Shown piece by piece: positions 52,366 to 63,469 of a stretch of DNA of 64,000 nt. Source of the DNA: Eledone cirrhosa (taxonomy: Eukaryota). Positions within the stretch are counted from its first letter, which is position 1; every line of letters starts with the position of its first letter. The translations under genes were made by a program, and so were the position numbers. The DNA lies in contig OZ024740.1 in the NCBI GenBank assembly GCA_964016885.1, positions 315,766,001 to 315,830,000 of the forward strand, read 5' to 3'. Under the pieces are notes generated by a model. The model was not told the DNA's origin and did no database searches. It was given only the letters and a program-made list of their open reading frames with translations.

Positions 52366-53091
52366 ATGTTCCATTTCTCCATTTCTCCGAGGGTTCTTAA
52401 TAATTTCTTTAATTTCTTTAGTCAAAATACGGCGATAGCTTACATTTCTAATAATTTCAAACCCACTCGCTGTTTCGAAAATATTCTTACTTGATATATA
52501 TATACTTTGTAATTTGTATTTGTTTTGCAAGATTTTTTATGTGAAAATGTGTGTTGAAACAGATATTATTATACTTTTGGAGGGTGGTGCTACCAATAAA
52601 AACACACCAGTTGAGTTTCACTTCAATTTATTATTACAATTTCCCTTTGGTTTAATAACCTGACGATTGTTTTGTTGCTAATTGTCAAAGTTCTTTCGTC
52701 ACACATTGTGTGACCTCTTTAGTGACTACATTTGTTATTTTGTGTCCCCTCTTTTTTCTGCTTTACACCATATTGTCTTTATGAGCTGTGCACTTGGACT
52801 GCACATGCGTTATATCCATGTGTGTGTGTGTGATTTTTTTCTTCTCTTTTCTCTCTTTCCTACTTGTCACTAGTTGAGTAGATGTTATCCTGCTTTTTGT
52901 ATTCTGTATATGTGTATGTGTGATTGTGTGGTGCTCGTGTCCTTAGTCACTATGTTGTGAAGCTGTTATTATTCAATTCGTGGAATATCTGATTTAGGCA
53001 CAAGGCCAACTAATTTGTGTGTGTGTGGGGGGGGGGGGGGGGAGAAAGTCCATTAGATCAATTCCAGTGCATTACTGGTACATTATTTTAT

Positions 53092-53395
53092 AACTTGATC
53101 CATCAGTTTATGCCTCTGTAGTCACTCTTTTCTCGAACATCAATCTTTCCATTATAATAATTAACAATTATACTATTATGCCAGTCACTGGTACATCATC
53201 ATTATGTATTACTAGATTGACTAAGTGGGTGAATGACATTCTTACTTCACCAGATGCTTTCAGCATCTCAGTAAATATCTCTGAAGGTTTAGTAGATTTT
53301 TGCATTTTAAAAAATATTTCTCTGATGGTTTCTTTGACCTTGTAACTCGCAACTTTCATAGCTTGGTAGTCCCTCTTCATTCCACTCATTCTCCA
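53092..53395 (-). mobile_element. Old internal RTE fragment upstream of the RT core
   Basis: KPSEIFTEMLKASGE resembles GPSEIVAEMLKASG in copy A, and the fragment ends at a YRGIKLMDQV-like sequence. Confidence 0.7.
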
Positions 53396-54575
53396 TATTC
53401 ATCCATCTATCATAATAACATTTCTAAGCCTCTTTCCTCTGTGCGACAGTGAGGTTAAGTGCACTGGTGTCGTGTCATTTTGAACACAACTTTTCTCAAC
53501 AACATCCTGATTTTCACCAACACACTGCTTTACAAGCCCCACCCCTCTCACCACTTCTGATCCAAGACCACAGCGATACCTTAACTAGCAACTACACAGT
53601 CAATCCTATTCTCCATATATTTTATCATGTTTCGCTGTGACCAGTCTTCTCTCTCCTTCTACCTACCTATTTTGTTACTATCTACTCTTACCCCTCTTTC
53701 TTCCTCTCTCTTTCACCCTCTCACTTTCACTCATCCTCTCTCTGCCAGCCACCTAATTGTTTGCATCGCCTGATCCTCTAGCAGTCCTTTTCTCACTTAC
53801 ACTCGCTGGGGTCAGACATGTCTTTTCGCTTGCCCACACGCTCTTGAACTTAAGTTCTCTTATTGCTGTGGTCTTGGATTTTCTTACCTAAAGTTGCTTG
53901 CACATTGCTCGGTTTGTTGTTTTTTTCGCTATTTTCTCTTTTCTTCCCTTTTCCCTTCTATTTTCCTTCCCTCCCTCCTCCCTTTTCCCAATAACTTACC
54001 CAGTTATTGAACGCTCTGGGCGGTAGATATCTTGTCTTTAAAGCGTGGAAATATCTGAGACCCCCAGTAGACAACTGATGAGGAAAAAAAAACCCCGTTC
54101 TTGCTTTCTTCTTATTCTCACTCCATTTTAAGCTACCTTAACTAGCAACTACACAGTCAATCCTATTCTCCATATACATATACATATATATATATATTTG
54201 TGGCTGTTGAACTTTGTACACGCAATGGATTCAGTAATATTCAAAACAATCCCATTTTCTTAATTCCTTTCCTCCTTACCCACTCTAGTCTACTCTTAAT
54301 CTCTACCTTATCTTTCTCTGTTTCCTTCCTCATACCATCTCTACCCCCATATATGGTAAACATCAAAACCTTCACCTATAACAATGGTCAGAGAATATTT
54401 TTCCACATTACAACACACAGATTAATAGTCTGAACCTTTTTACCCCATTCCCTCTCCTCTCTACTGTCACACTAACTGACTGTATCTCATGCTATTATTA
54501 ACTTATTTACATTTTCTGAAATGAAAATCTCATTACTGAATTCTACCACGTAGTGAATAGTTGAATTCCACTATG

Positions 54576-54673
54576 GCTTTCTGATGAAGTGTAATAAATA
54601 ATTAAGTATTGCATATGATTGAACAATATATATGTAGATATTTCATAATAGACACAGAAACATATGTCAAAGC
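54576..54673 (+). ncRNA. Type I hammerhead motif with a long stem II region
   Basis: gcttt-CTGATGA-agtgt...acaca-GAAA-catatg-TC-aaagc, then AATAAA at 54675. Confidence 0.6.
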
Positions 54674-54738
54674 AAATAAAATCATAATCTCTTCACGCCA
54701 ACGTTTTATTTTTCTTGGTGCAATACTTGCTTATATAT

Positions 54739-54822
<84 letters not shown>

Positions 54823-55174
54823 GGGTAAGGGCTTGGGATTATGGAATTAGGTTGTGTCTGGGTTATGGAGAAGCATATCTAAAAGGAATGCTTCAATCAC
54901 CTACTCACCTAGCTGTTTCTAACAGATAAAGGGTGAATCACATATGCTGCCTGGGATAATTAACATGGAACTGGCAGAGCTCCAACAAATCAGTTGACCT
55001 GTAGGATGTGGGATGGGGAAGTATGTGGATGTGTGGTGGATAGTCACTATGAAGCAGTGGTCAAACAAAATTTTATGTGTAGAGACAGTTATGGTCTGGT
55101 TGGGTTTGGAGGTGAAAAAGATATCAAGGATGTTTGGTGTGTCTGTATTGGTTAGTGTGGAGTGTAGAAGATGG

Positions 55175-55509
55175 AGGCACATGGCTTAGTGGTTAGAGCA
55201 TTGGCCTTGCAATCGAAAGGTTGTGAGTTCAATTCTCAGACCGGGTGATCTGTTGTTTCCTTGAGCAAGACACTTTATTTCACATTGCTCCAGTTTACTC
55301 AGCTGTAGAAATGAGATGATGGGGCCTGAGGTCCCTATCATTCCACTGCAAAGTGGTCGTGGAGGTGCCACTGAAAAGAAAGCACCCAGCACTCATTGTA
55401 AATGAGGTTGGTGTTAGGAAAGGCATCCAGCTGTAGAAATCAAGCCAGAATCAGTTCCCGTCCCACCCTTGCAAGCAGGGAAAAGCAGACGTAAAATGAT
55501 GATGATGAT
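55175..55509 (+). mobile_element. tRNA-derived SINE carrying the RTE 3' tail, complete head
   Basis: A box TGGCTTAGTGG, B box GAGTTCAATTCTC, and the same body and tail as the 22478 copy. Confidence 0.85.
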
Positions 55510-55758
55510 ATATATAGATATATTGATGCCATGACAAAAATCAACTAGCCTACAACGTAAAGTGGTCATGTAGGTGTCACAACAAAAAGTACCCAGAAAA
55601 TACCCTAAAAATATGGTTGGCGTTAGGAAGCACATCCAGCCTTAGAAACCAAGCCAGAATCACTTCTGTATGAGCAAGCCACGCTTATATGATCTAACTT
55701 GTCTCACAAACAGGACTTGTCGAACTCATGCTGGCATAGATGAATTGACGTTAAATGG

Positions 55759-55789
<31 letters not shown>

Positions 55790-55797
55790 ATATAATA

Positions 55798-55906
55798 TAC
55801 AGTGATATTCCGTTATGACGAAATTCACGAGGTATAAACAAAATTCTTGTTGCCCGGGAGTGAAAAAAAATTTTTTAGAATGGTATTCGTTCTAACGGAA
55901 TTTCAC

Positions 55907-55911
<5 letters not shown>
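55798..55911. mobile_element. pogo/Tigger-like mini-MITE
   Basis: TA-CAGTGATATTCCGTTATGACGAA...TTCGTTCTAACGGAATTTCACCTG-TA. Confidence 0.6.
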
Positions 55912-55999
<88 letters not shown>

Positions 56000-56177
56000 A
56001 AAAAAGGAAAAGAATGACTTCACTTGTAGTTCTAAATAATTTGATTTAATTTTATAATTAATATTATATTATAATTAATATTATAAAATTAAATCAAATT
56101 GTTTAGAACTACAAGTGAAGTCATTCTTTTCCTGTTTAAATATACCTAACTGCACTAAGGATTTTACACATTTTCCA

Positions 56178-56240
<63 letters not shown>

Positions 56241-56241
<1 letters not shown>

Positions 56242-59200
56242 CACCTCGTGGACGAGAATGCGAGCACTCCTCTTTGTTTCGTCCGCGGATGGCTAACGTA
56301 ACCCTATCTCCCCCCGCCCCCCACCACCCCCACCCTCCAAACGCAACCCCAAACTTCAGAGTTGGTACCATAAATGTGGGCACCCTAAAGGGTCGCGCTA
56401 ACGAGGTTGTAGAAATGCTTGAACGTAAGGAGGTCGATGTTTGTTGTATTCAAGAGACCAGGTGGAGGGGTGGGTCTGCTAGATTCATTGAGGGTAAAAA
56501 ACGATGTTATAAGCTTTTCTGGGTGGGAAACGACGATGGGCTGGGTGGAGTAGGAATCATGGTAGCAGAAAAGTGGGCAGATAAGATAATAGACGTAAAT
56601 AGAGTGAACGACAGAATAATTAAAATAAGACTTGTCCTCAATAAAACTACGGTGACAGTAATATCTGCGTACGCACCCCAATCCGGACTGCCCGGCACTA
56701 TAAAAGACAGATTCTATGAGACACTGTTGCTAACTACCTCCCAAATATCTGACAGTGACTATATAATTATTGCAGGCGACCTAAATGGTCACGTTGGACA
56801 ACATTGTGACGGCTACGACGAAATCCAGGGAGGCTATGGGTTTGGTACTAGAAATGAGGAAGGCTCCAGAATCCTGGAATTCTGTGATGCAAATAACCTA
56901 ACTATCTGTAACACTAACTTCAAAAAACGTGACAATCACCTGATCACCTATAGATCAGGGGAACACACAAGCCAGGTAGATTATATCCTTACCAGAAGAC
57001 GTGACAGAGTGTCTGTTGTAAACACTAAATCCCTCCCCCATGAAGAATGCACCTCCCAACATAGACTGATAATTAGCGACCTCATAGTCAGGACGAGACG
57101 TACTCGACAGCAGAAGAGGACTATGCTCAGGAGGAAAATATGGAAACTAAAGGACCCCACAGCCAGAAATAAATTTCAAAGCATATTACTTGATGCTTTC
57201 GACAGTAAGGAAGAGCATCTAGAATCGGACAATATAGAGGGACAGTGGGAATTTCTGAAAGCAAACCTGCTGTTGGCGACAGACGAAGTCTGTGGCTGGA
57301 GCAGGCCTGTAGGCCGGAGGAGAGTAACTTGGTGGTGGAACAGTAGGGTGGAGGGGTCAATTAAGGCCAAAAAGCAGGCTTGGAAAGTATGGCGGGATGG
57401 GGGAAGTAGAGTAGACTATCAAGTGGCCAGGAGGGAAGCTAGGAGAGAAGTGTACTTAGCAAGAAGGGAAGCTGAGGAAAGAAAGTTCAAGCATGTTCTA
57501 CAACGCGATGACCAAAAACGTGAGGTGTTCAGGATTGCCAGGCAATGCGTCAAGGAAAACCGTGATATTGTCGGGGAGAAGTGTGTACTTAACGATGATG
57601 GCATACTTGCCATCACCGACACTGATAAGAAGGTAGCTTGGAAGTGTCACTATGAAAGGCTACTAAATGAGGAGAATAAATGGGAGAAAGACAGTCTCCC
57701 CCATATCGACCCGATAGAGGGACCAGCAGTGTTAGTCGAGGGGAGTATAATAAGTAAGGCAATCAAGGATATGAAGACGGGTAAGGCGGCTGGGCCTTCG
57801 GAAATAGTTGCTGAGATGCTGAAGGCATCTGGCACGGTGGGACACACCATGGTCACCCGCATAGTTAACCAAGTCGTACAGAATGGGGTTGTTCCGAAGG
57901 ACTGGTATAGCAGCATCATCGTTAACTGTTATAAGGGTAAAGGAGACGCCCTAGATAGGAGTAACTATAGAGGCATTAAATTAATCGACCAGGTCATGAA
58001 GGTCACGGAAAAAGTAATAGCGCAACTAATCAGAGAGAGAATTGCCCTAGATGAAATGCAGTTCGGGTTTGTGTCAGGCAAAAGCACCACAGACGCCCTT
58101 TTCATAGTACGACAACTACAGGAGAAGTACCTAGCTAAAGGTAGACCCCTCTACTTAGCTTTTGTCGACCTGGAGAAAGCCTTCGACAGAGTCCCCCGCT
58201 CCATTATCTGGTGGGCTCTTAGAAAACTAGGCGTTGACGAATGGCTTGTGAGGGCTATACAAGCCATGTATAAAGAAACAGTCAGCAAGGTTAGAATTAA
58301 CAACGAATATAGTGAAGAGTTTAGCGTAAAAGTTGGCGTCCATCAGGGCTCTGTTCTCAGCCCCCTACTATTTATTATTGCCCTTCAGGCTATAACAGAG
58401 GAGTTCAAGACAGGCTGCCCATGGGAACTCCTATACGCAGACGACCTGACACTCATAGCGGAATCAATGGCCGAGCTAGAGAAGAAATTCCAAACATGGA
58501 AGCACGGCCTAGAGTCAAAAGGACTTAAAATTAACCTGGCTAAGACCAAAGTTCTAGTTTGTAGGAAAGAAAACAAGGCGGCGGTCCCTTCTGGGAAATG
58601 GTCGTGCTCGGTGTGTAGGAAAGGCGTAGGTAGAAACTCCATTTTATGTCCTAAATGCAAAGTATGGGTGCATAAAAGATGTAGTGGGATCACAGGTAAG
58701 CTAACTAAGAACATAGATTTTACATGTGGCCGGTGTTCTGGTGCAATAAGTAGCAGCAAGTGCCCACTAAATACTAGCTCTTTCAATTGCGCAGAGGGTT
58801 CTATAGAAATAGTGGACAGCTTCCGTTACCTGGGCGATAAAATCAGCAGTGGGGGAGGGTGCTCTGAAAGTACTGTAGCTAGAGTCAGAACTGGTTGGAA
58901 AAAGTTCAGAGAGCTTATACCACTATTAGCTGCTAAAGGGTTCTCCCTAAAAATGAAAGGCAGGTTGTACGATGCCTGCATACGAACAGCAATGTTGCAT
59001 GGTAGTGAGACCTGGGCATTGTGTGCAGAGGATATACGCAGTCTAGAGAGGAACGAAGCTTGCATGCTCCGCTGGATGTATAACAGTAATATACGTGAAC
59101 GGCAAAGCATAAACGAACTAAGGAAAAAATTAGAGATAAGAGGGATCAGATGTTGTTTACTCGAGAGAAGGCTGCGTTGGTATGGACACGTGATGCGCAT

Positions 59201-59758
59201 GAAAGTCGATAGCTGTATAACAAAGTGCAGGGCAATAAAGATAGACGGTAGCCACGGAATAGGCAGACCTAGAAAAACATGGGATGAGCTGATAAACTCC
59301 GACCTCACACACTTACACCTCTCCAAGACAATGTCACTGGACCGAGACCTTTGGCGGTACTCAGTAACAGAGAAGACCCGCCTTGCCAGTAGGCATCTCT
59401 AATAAAACACACCCCGTCCCGCCACCACCCCCACCCCATCCACACCACCCCGTTCTATGTAAAGTTATGTTGGTGCCGCGCTATCCAGGCCGAAACAAAT
59501 GAGATCGTGTAGGTGTCACGACAAAAAAACACACAGTCCACGCTGTAATGTGGCCGTGTAGGCAACACGGTAAAAACCTCCCAGACCCACACTGTAAATG
59601 TGGTTGGTGTTAGGAAGGGCATCCAACTGTAGAAAACCTGCCAGACAGTCCTATGCGAGCAAGACAATCACTCTTGCTTCAAGTGGGACTACCCCCGTCC
59701 AAACCCATGCAAGCGTGGAACACGGACGTTAAACGTTGATGATGATGATGATGATGAT
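56241..59758 (+). mobile_element. RTE-clade LINE, copy B, near full length
   Basis: Same family as copy A. Starts right after a (TA)n run at TCACCTCGTGG and ends in a (GAT)n tail followed by (TA)n. Confidence 0.95.
56289..59402 (+). CDS. RTE ORF (EN, RT with YADD, PHD-type finger), intact
   Basis: Uninterrupted ORF with the same motifs as copy A and canonical YADD. The N-terminal YIYI part of the called ORF is microsatellite read-through. A short deletion over the stop extends the C-terminus (ASRHL). Confidence 0.95.
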   Translation: MANVTLSPPAPHHPHPPNATPNFRVGTINVGTLKGRANEVVEMLERKEVDVCCIQETRWRGGSARFIEGKKRCYKLFWVGNDDGLGGVGIMVAEKWADKIIDVNRVNDRIIKIRLVLNKTTVTVISAYAPQSGLPGTIKDRFYETLLLTTSQISDSDYIIIAGDLNGHVGQHCDGYDEIQGGYGFGTRNEEGSRILEFCDANNLTICNTNFKKRDNHLITYRSGEHTSQVDYILTRRRDRVSVVNTKSLPHEECTSQHRLIISDLIVRTRRTRQQKRTMLRRKIWKLKDPTARNKFQSILLDAFDSKEEHLESDNIEGQWEFLKANLLLATDEVCGWSRPVGRRRVTWWWNSRVEGSIKAKKQAWKVWRDGGSRVDYQVARREARREVYLARREAEERKFKHVLQRDDQKREVFRIARQCVKENRDIVGEKCVLNDDGILAITDTDKKVAWKCHYERLLNEENKWEKDSLPHIDPIEGPAVLVEGSIISKAIKDMKTGKAAGPSEIVAEMLKASGTVGHTMVTRIVNQVVQNGVVPKDWYSSIIVNCYKGKGDALDRSNYRGIKLIDQVMKVTEKVIAQLIRERIALDEMQFGFVSGKSTTDALFIVRQLQEKYLAKGRPLYLAFVDLEKAFDRVPRSIIWWALRKLGVDEWLVRAIQAMYKETVSKVRINNEYSEEFSVKVGVHQGSVLSPLLFIIALQAITEEFKTGCPWELLYADDLTLIAESMAELEKKFQTWKHGLESKGLKINLAKTKVLVCRKENKAAVPSGKWSCSVCRKGVGRNSILCPKCKVWVHKRCSGITGKLTKNIDFTCGRCSGAISSSKCPLNTSSFNCAEGSIEIVDSFRYLGDKISSGGGCSESTVARVRTGWKKFRELIPLLAAKGFSLKMKGRLYDACIRTAMLHGSETWALCAEDIRSLERNEACMLRWMYNSNIRERQSINELRKKLEIRGIRCCLLERRLRWYGHVMRMKVDSCITKCRAIKIDGSHGIGRPRKTWDELINSDLTHLHLSKTMSLDRDLWRYSVTEKTRLASRHL

Positions 59759-59904
59759 ATATATATATATATACACATACATACACACACACATATATCA
59801 TCATCATCATCGTTTAACATCTGTTTTTCCACACTTGCATGGGTTAGACAGGTTGTCCATGTTATGAAGCTTATTTCATCTCAAAAGATGAGAATAATAG
59901 TCTG

Positions 59905-60300
59905 AAACATTCAGTAGGCACCTCTTAACCAAATATACACCCCAATCCACTACCCCTACTCTATCCTCCCACTCCCACCAACACCAACCTCCCTCTGTAA
60001 AGTTGGTACCACAACATCCAGTCCAAATAAATGAGATAATGAGATCGAGATCGTGTAGGTGTCACGACAAAAAAACACACAGTCCACGCTGTAATGTGGC
60101 CGTGTAAGTAACATGGTAAAAAGTTTCCAGTTCCACACTGTAAATGTGGTTGGTGTTAGGAAGGGCAACCACCCGTAGAAAACCTGCCAGATAGTCCTAT
60201 ATGAACGAGACACGGTCACCCGACCAACTTTGCCTCAAGTGGGACAACTCCAGTCTAACCCATGCTAGCGTGGAAGATGGACGTTAAACAAGATGATGAG
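59905..60300 (+). mobile_element. RTE 3'-UTR-only fragment
   Basis: Matches the 3' UTR of copies A/B. Similar short fragments lie at 1-140, 7755-8160, 11690-11950, 11955-12160, 18805-18972, 38833-38900 and 55510-55790. Confidence 0.85.
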
Positions 60301-61517
60301 ATGAAACATTTGTGGAGAAAGAAAAAGCTACTTTCAATACTAAATTAAGCCATATTACATGATATTGCTATGGATATTGAGAAAATGAAGTTTGAACGGC
60401 AGAACTAAAATTACACCTACTTTGTGATTTAAGAAAGCAGTGGACATATAAACTGATTAAGTGCAATCAAATATTAGCTAATTTGACTTTATTTAATTCG
60501 AAGATTCAAGATCGTCACAATATTCCATTAATTCAGAATGTAGAAACAATATAGTCAAACTATTAAACTAAAGGGAAATAACTACTGCCTTAGATTACAT
60601 CCCCTTAACAAAAATAACACACACAAAAACAATGAAAATCTTGCTTGAATATTGAGTAGTCTTTAATCCCCATAAAAACAAAGTATTCAAGAAAAAGCTA
60701 TTCAGTATTTAGCATTTTTCAAAATGTTTATTAATCCCTTTTTATGGTGCATGTTATAAGCTAGTAAAAGTGTTCTAAACTCTATATCTTTCTGTCCATT
60801 GATCTCTGTTGAGGACTTCATGTGCTTAGCACCTTTAAAAACATCTTTTAAAAAAAACTTTTTCTTCACGTCCAAAGGAATTTTAAATCTGAACAATTAT
60901 TGACAGATTATAAACTCCAATTATGTCATCCCACAGTTGATTATTATAGCTTGCTATTATTTGAAACTACATTGTCTGTATCTCACAATTTGTTGGCACT
61001 TTTTATCTATCCTCTTCTCCAAACCGTGTACGGAACATTGCATTAATTTTTTATTGTGTGCAATACCTCTTTGTAAAATTCTCCCAATCCTCACCTATGT
61101 GAGGTGTAGCTTTCCAAATGTATTTACTACAAAGTTTTGGCACACTTGGCGAACACTGAAATGGAATAGTGCCCTTAATGCATGTGTCACATACAAAAAA
61201 TACATTCTTTGTTAGCCTGTCTACGATCCTACTACAATTCTTGTGTGCCCATTTTTTTTATTGAGTACACGATATGAGATTCCAACTTACTGATTTTCTA
61301 ACTACCGTGCACAAATATTTCCTTTGTGGCAACACGGTGTTTTTTTCTGTCAAGTTCAATACTAACAGAAAAAAATGTGAAATTTATGTACTTTTGTTAT
61401 GAAAATAGTATTTATATAACTTATTGAACAATAATGATAATGGAAAAAAAGGAAAGAGGTGGGGTGGGGAAATTCACCACCAAGTACGACAATCGGCCGC
61501 ACCTCACATCTTAGGGG

Positions 61518-61870
61518 TTAACTACACACTTTGAGGCAAGCCAACACACTCGCAGAATTACCACGGGTGACGGCAAGCCTAAGGCGCTGAATCAACCAGG
61601 CACCCTCACGGGCATCACCCGACACCTCAGTAAGGTGAGACGCCAGTGATGAAAAGAACTTCGCTGTCAACGGCCCAACTTCACCAATCGTCTCGAACGT
61701 CACAGGCTGGAAAAAACAATTATTAGATAAATCCAGGTATTTCCGAATTTTATTCCGTTCGGCCTCCAAGATGTGGGAGGGAGAAAAAGAGTCACTGACT
61801 GTGACGTCCCAGATGAGACACCTACCTCTTACCTAGGGACAAAGAGTAAGGTTGTCTGGTCTCTTTCCTG
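61518..61870 (-). pseudogene. CRE-like non-LTR retrotransposon RLE domain relic
   Basis: The minus strand translates GKRPDNLTLCP*VRGRCLIWDVTVSD..EAERNKIRKY..FQPVTFETIG..LIQRLRLAVTRGNSASV, with one in-frame stop. Confidence 0.8.
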
Positions 61871-62060
61871 CTTTCTGGTTTCCAGTTTATTCTGGGTTGG
61901 GGCCTTTCGATTTTAAAGACGATTAAGTCAGCTGTTATTTGCTAAAAACAACAATTTAAAACACAGTCCGAGTATTTGGTGTCTTAGGAAAGACACACAG
62001 TTCTTGATAATTCAGATTTATTAAAGAGATATTCTGTAGTTAAGTTGTTAATATTATTAA

Positions 62061-62901
62061 CTAGCAGTGGTACCCGGTGTTGCACGGGATAAGGTATTTT
62101 GGAACCCAGGCCGCCAACAGACCTAATCGTGGAAAAACTGCATGCGTGGACAATATGTAAAGAAAATAAACTGAATACTCTGATGGCTAGATAATCTTTA
62201 AGATGTTCCTCGATGAAGTAGGGAAAATGCAGGTTTTCACCTAATGCAGGCCCTAGGGACCAAGAAAATGAATTTTTTCTGAAAAAAAAAATGAAGTTTT
62301 TCACCTAATGCGGGTAAAAAAGTTGGATTTTCTTTGCTCACGGTGTAAAGAGACTGACTAATACATAGTTACAATTTCAAGGAAATCAGTCTGACGTAAC
62401 GACTCAAAAAGCCCTAAAAACCTGAAAAAACGCAGTTTTTTAACTAGGGGATCAAAAAGTTGAATTTTTTTATGTGCATAACACTCCCTGAAACATAAGT
62501 AATACACATGTAAAGTCGGTTGGGTACTTCATTGAAAAAAGTCGGTTGGGTACTTCTCGAGTTTTAGGGATTCAAACTCACAGACACACACACAGACATG
62601 CTCAGAGAAGTGACGTAATGCAGACAGTCAGACATACAGACAGATATTATAAGGGCACGATGTTATATGTATGTATCTATCTAAAAAGAGAAAGACTAAG
62701 AATTATAGAGAGGGATCGCTAAATCGCCTAATGCGGTGCCTAGGGCATTGAAAATTTGAAATTGTTTTTGCTCAGAACACTCCCTGAAACATAAGTATTA
62801 CATGTGTGAAGTTTGAAAACAGTCGGTTGAGTGGTTCTCGAGTTTTAGGGATTCAAACTCACACACACACAGACAGACATCCTCAGTTTTATATATATAG
62901 A
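62061..62901 (-). mobile_element. Non-autonomous Helitron
   Basis: CTAG at 62061, hairpin CCCGGTGTTGCACGGG, and a far end acagacagac..TTTTATATATATAGA (5' TC on the minus strand). Confidence 0.75.
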
Positions 62902-62979
62902 CTAGCAGAAATCCGCCCAGCGGGTGGTTTTCTGCTAGTATATATATATATTACATACACAGAAATGTATATATATTTC

Positions 62980-63012
<33 letters not shown>

Positions 63013-63469
63013 TACACACACAGAAATGTATATATATTTCTGTGTGTATATATATATATATATTACACACACAGAAATGTATATATATTTCTGTGTGTAT
63101 ATATATATATTTCTGTGTGTGTATATATATATATATATTACACACACACAGAAATGTATATATGTTTCTGTAGCACTCCTCAATTCCCCCCTCTCTCCCT
63201 CCTGCTATCCCCCTCTTGTAGTCTGTCTCTTTCTTTCACTCTCACTCTCTCTCTCTACGCGTGCGCAAAAAACATTCGCACGCGCGCACATGTTTTAGCG
63301 TCTATTCACTCTCTCTCTCTCCCGCTATCCCCCTCTCGTAGTCTGTCTCTTTCACTCTCACCCTCTCTCTACGCGTGCGCAAAAAACATTCGCACGCGCG
63401 CACGTGTTTCCACTGTCGGACAGACAGATAGACAAACAGAGAAATTGCTGGTTATATATTATAAGGAGA
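62902..63469 (-). mobile_element. Second Helitron-like element abutting the first
   Basis: CTAG at 62902 and a far end gacagacagatagac..ttataaggaGA|T. Contains roughly 38-bp palindromic repeats and a roughly 112-bp duplication. Confidence 0.6.
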
